The notes below the pieces were generated by a model. It worked only from the letters and a program-made list of their open reading frames with translations, had not been told where the DNA came from and made no database searches. Position numbers and translations under genes: made by a program. Source: Nanopusillaceae archaeon (GTDB taxonomy: Archaea; Nanobdellota; Nanobdellia; Nanobdellales; Nanobdellaceae). Taken from it: a stretch of 8,007 nucleotides of DNA. Positions within the stretch are counted from its first letter, which is position 1, and each line of letters begins with the position of its first letter. The DNA lies in assembly GCA_049973735.1 (NCBI GenBank), contig JBMFJL010000025.1, positions 1 to 8,007 of the forward strand. The letters are read 5' to 3'. Below, one piece after another: positions 7,262 to 8,007 of this stretch.

Positions 7262-7867
7262 ATGGTTAATGATCCAAGTCAGATAAAATTCTTGGGTAGA
7301 TGGAAATATGAGATAGAAGTAGAGGATGAAACATTGAAAGCATTCATGAATATAAAACCATATATAGTACCGAAGACAAATGGAAGATATCAAAATAAAA
7401 GATTTGGGAGGAGGAATATTCCAATAATTGAAAGATTTATTGGAAGAATGATGACTCCAGGTCACTTTGGTCATAAGCATAAGTTTACATCATATTATGC
7501 TTCTGGGGAATATTATAAAAATCTGAAAATATTAGTTAAAGCATTTGAAATAATTGAAAAGGAAATAAAGGAAAATCCAATAAAAGTATTGGTTAAGGCA
7601 ATTGAAAATGCTGCACCTAGAGAAGAAATTACAAATATTGAAATGGGTGGTGCTAGGTATCCTAAGGCTGTAGATATTGCTCCATTAAGGAGAATAGATC
7701 TGGCAATAAGACACCTAGTACAAGGGGCTTATCATAGTTCTAGGAATAAAAAAGATATGGCTCAAGCATTGGCAAGAGAATTAATACTTGCATATAAAAA
7801 TTCTACAGAATCATTTGCCATACAGAAAAAATTGGAGTTAGAGAGGTTAGCATCTTCTTCTAGGTGA
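7262..7867 (+). CDS. rps7: 30S ribosomal protein S7 (uS7)
   Basis: 201-aa ORF. KFLGRWKYEIEVEDETLKAFMNIKP, NIPIIERFIGRMM, AFEIIEKEIKENPIKVLVKAIENAAPREEITNIEMGGARYPKAVDIAPLRRIDLAIRHL and SFAIQKKLELERLASSSR match archaeal S7 / eukaryotic S5 (LFGKW...V.V.D..L..YI, VPIVERL.N..M, AFEII...TGENPIQVLV.AIEN.APRED.T.I..GG..Y..AVDV.P.RR.D.A.R.I, S.AI.KK.E.ER.A...R). Confidence 0.93.
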   Translation: MVNDPSQIKFLGRWKYEIEVEDETLKAFMNIKPYIVPKTNGRYQNKRFGRRNIPIIERFIGRMMTPGHFGHKHKFTSYYASGEYYKNLKILVKAFEIIEKEIKENPIKVLVKAIENAAPREEITNIEMGGARYPKAVDIAPLRRIDLAIRHLVQGAYHSSRNKKDMAQALARELILAYKNSTESFAIQKKLELERLASSSR

Positions 7868-7908
7868 ATCTTAATTATCTATTAAACATCATGATCTATA
7901 TTTGGTAT

Positions 7909-8007
7909 ATGCCATGGAAGAAAAAGAAACTGGTTCCTAAAAAGGTATTTTTTACAAAAGGGGTTGGAGTTGCCGAAGACCCATTGTTAAGTTTTTGAGT
8001 TAGCGCT
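7909..8007 (+). CDS. pdaD: 5' end of a pyruvoyl-dependent arginine decarboxylase (PvlArgDC/PdaD)-like gene, frame-disrupted at a T5 run; runs off the window
   Basis: My hand translation from ATG 7909 gives [29 protein letters not shown], then TGA at 7996-7998. Skipping one T of the T5 run (7992-7996) gives ...LLSF-ELA(L) up to the window edge. The joined string [25 protein letters not shown] matches the PdaD N-terminus as I recall it ([28 protein letters not shown]...). ATG 7891 and GTG 7864 are in-frame alternative starts. This ORF is too short to appear in the supplied track. Confidence 0.45.

Noticed and set aside
228-7480. Thirteen minus-strand ORFs of 61-111 aa from the track (228-497, 238-477, 967-1302, 1203-1397, 1956-2153, 2223-2435, 2320-2505, 2966-3202, 4091-4417, 4669-4911, 5508-5807, 6416-6649, 7232-7480)
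   Set aside because: Each lies almost entirely antisense to a plus-strand gene (the last also spans the short spacer before rps7). Their translations are low-complexity L/F/S/I-rich strings, typical of the reverse complement of K/E/I-rich AT-rich coding sequence. None shows a recognisable motif.
7448-7526. C-box-like ATGATGA (7448-7454) and D-box-like CTGA (7523-7526), suggesting a C/D box sRNA
   Set aside because: Both lie inside the rps7 coding sequence. There are no internal D'/C' boxes and no complementary terminal stem, and the span of 79 nt is long. Such short motifs are expected by chance.
7996-7998. In-frame TGA in the PdaD-like ORF read as a sense codon (Sec or Trp recoding)
   Set aside because: Read-through gives X-V-S-A, which does not match the family consensus. 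A one-base shift gives E-L-A-L, which matches exactly. No other evidence for TGA reassignment exists in the window: rpoA' (4585-4587) and rps7 (7865-7867) both end sensibly at TGA.
1-8007. Search for CRISPR repeats, tRNA/rRNA genes, inverted-repeat-bounded mobile elements, inteins in the RNAP subunits, and defence or toxin-antitoxin modules
   Set aside because: I saw no regularly spaced direct repeats, no cloverleaf-capable GC-rich segment, and no transposase- or integrase-like ORF. RNAP subunit lengths (600, 889 and 363 aa) are normal, with no intein-sized insertion. Intergenic space totals under 200 nt.

Overview
This window is the archaeal RNA polymerase / 'streptomycin' core operon from a very AT-rich genome (roughly 30% GC by eye, not computed). 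All genes lie on the + strand: the 3' end of rpoB'' (subunit B is split), rpoB', rpoA', rpoA'', rpl30e, rps12, an unrecognised ~7-8 TM membrane protein, rps7, and the 5' end of a pyruvoyl-dependent arginine decarboxylase-like gene. I saw no CRISPR array, tRNA/rRNA, transposase, integrase or recognisable defence genes. All minus-strand ORFs look like antisense shadows. The region is ordinary in content but unusual in several ways. (1) nusA is missing between rpl30e and rps12. (2) A membrane-protein gene with its own TATA-like box and flanking oligo-T tracts separates rps12 from rps7. (3) fusA (EF-2) does not follow rps7. (4) Motifs I recall as near-universal in RNAP B', RNAP A' and uS12 are substituted. 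(5) The arginine decarboxylase-like ORF is broken at a UUU-UGA site in a T5 run, where a +1 shift restores the family consensus. The high K/E/I/Y content, SD-less starts and eroded synteny suggest a fast-evolving, reduced, possibly thermophilic archaeon (Nanoarchaeota/DPANN-like). That taxonomic guess is inference only.
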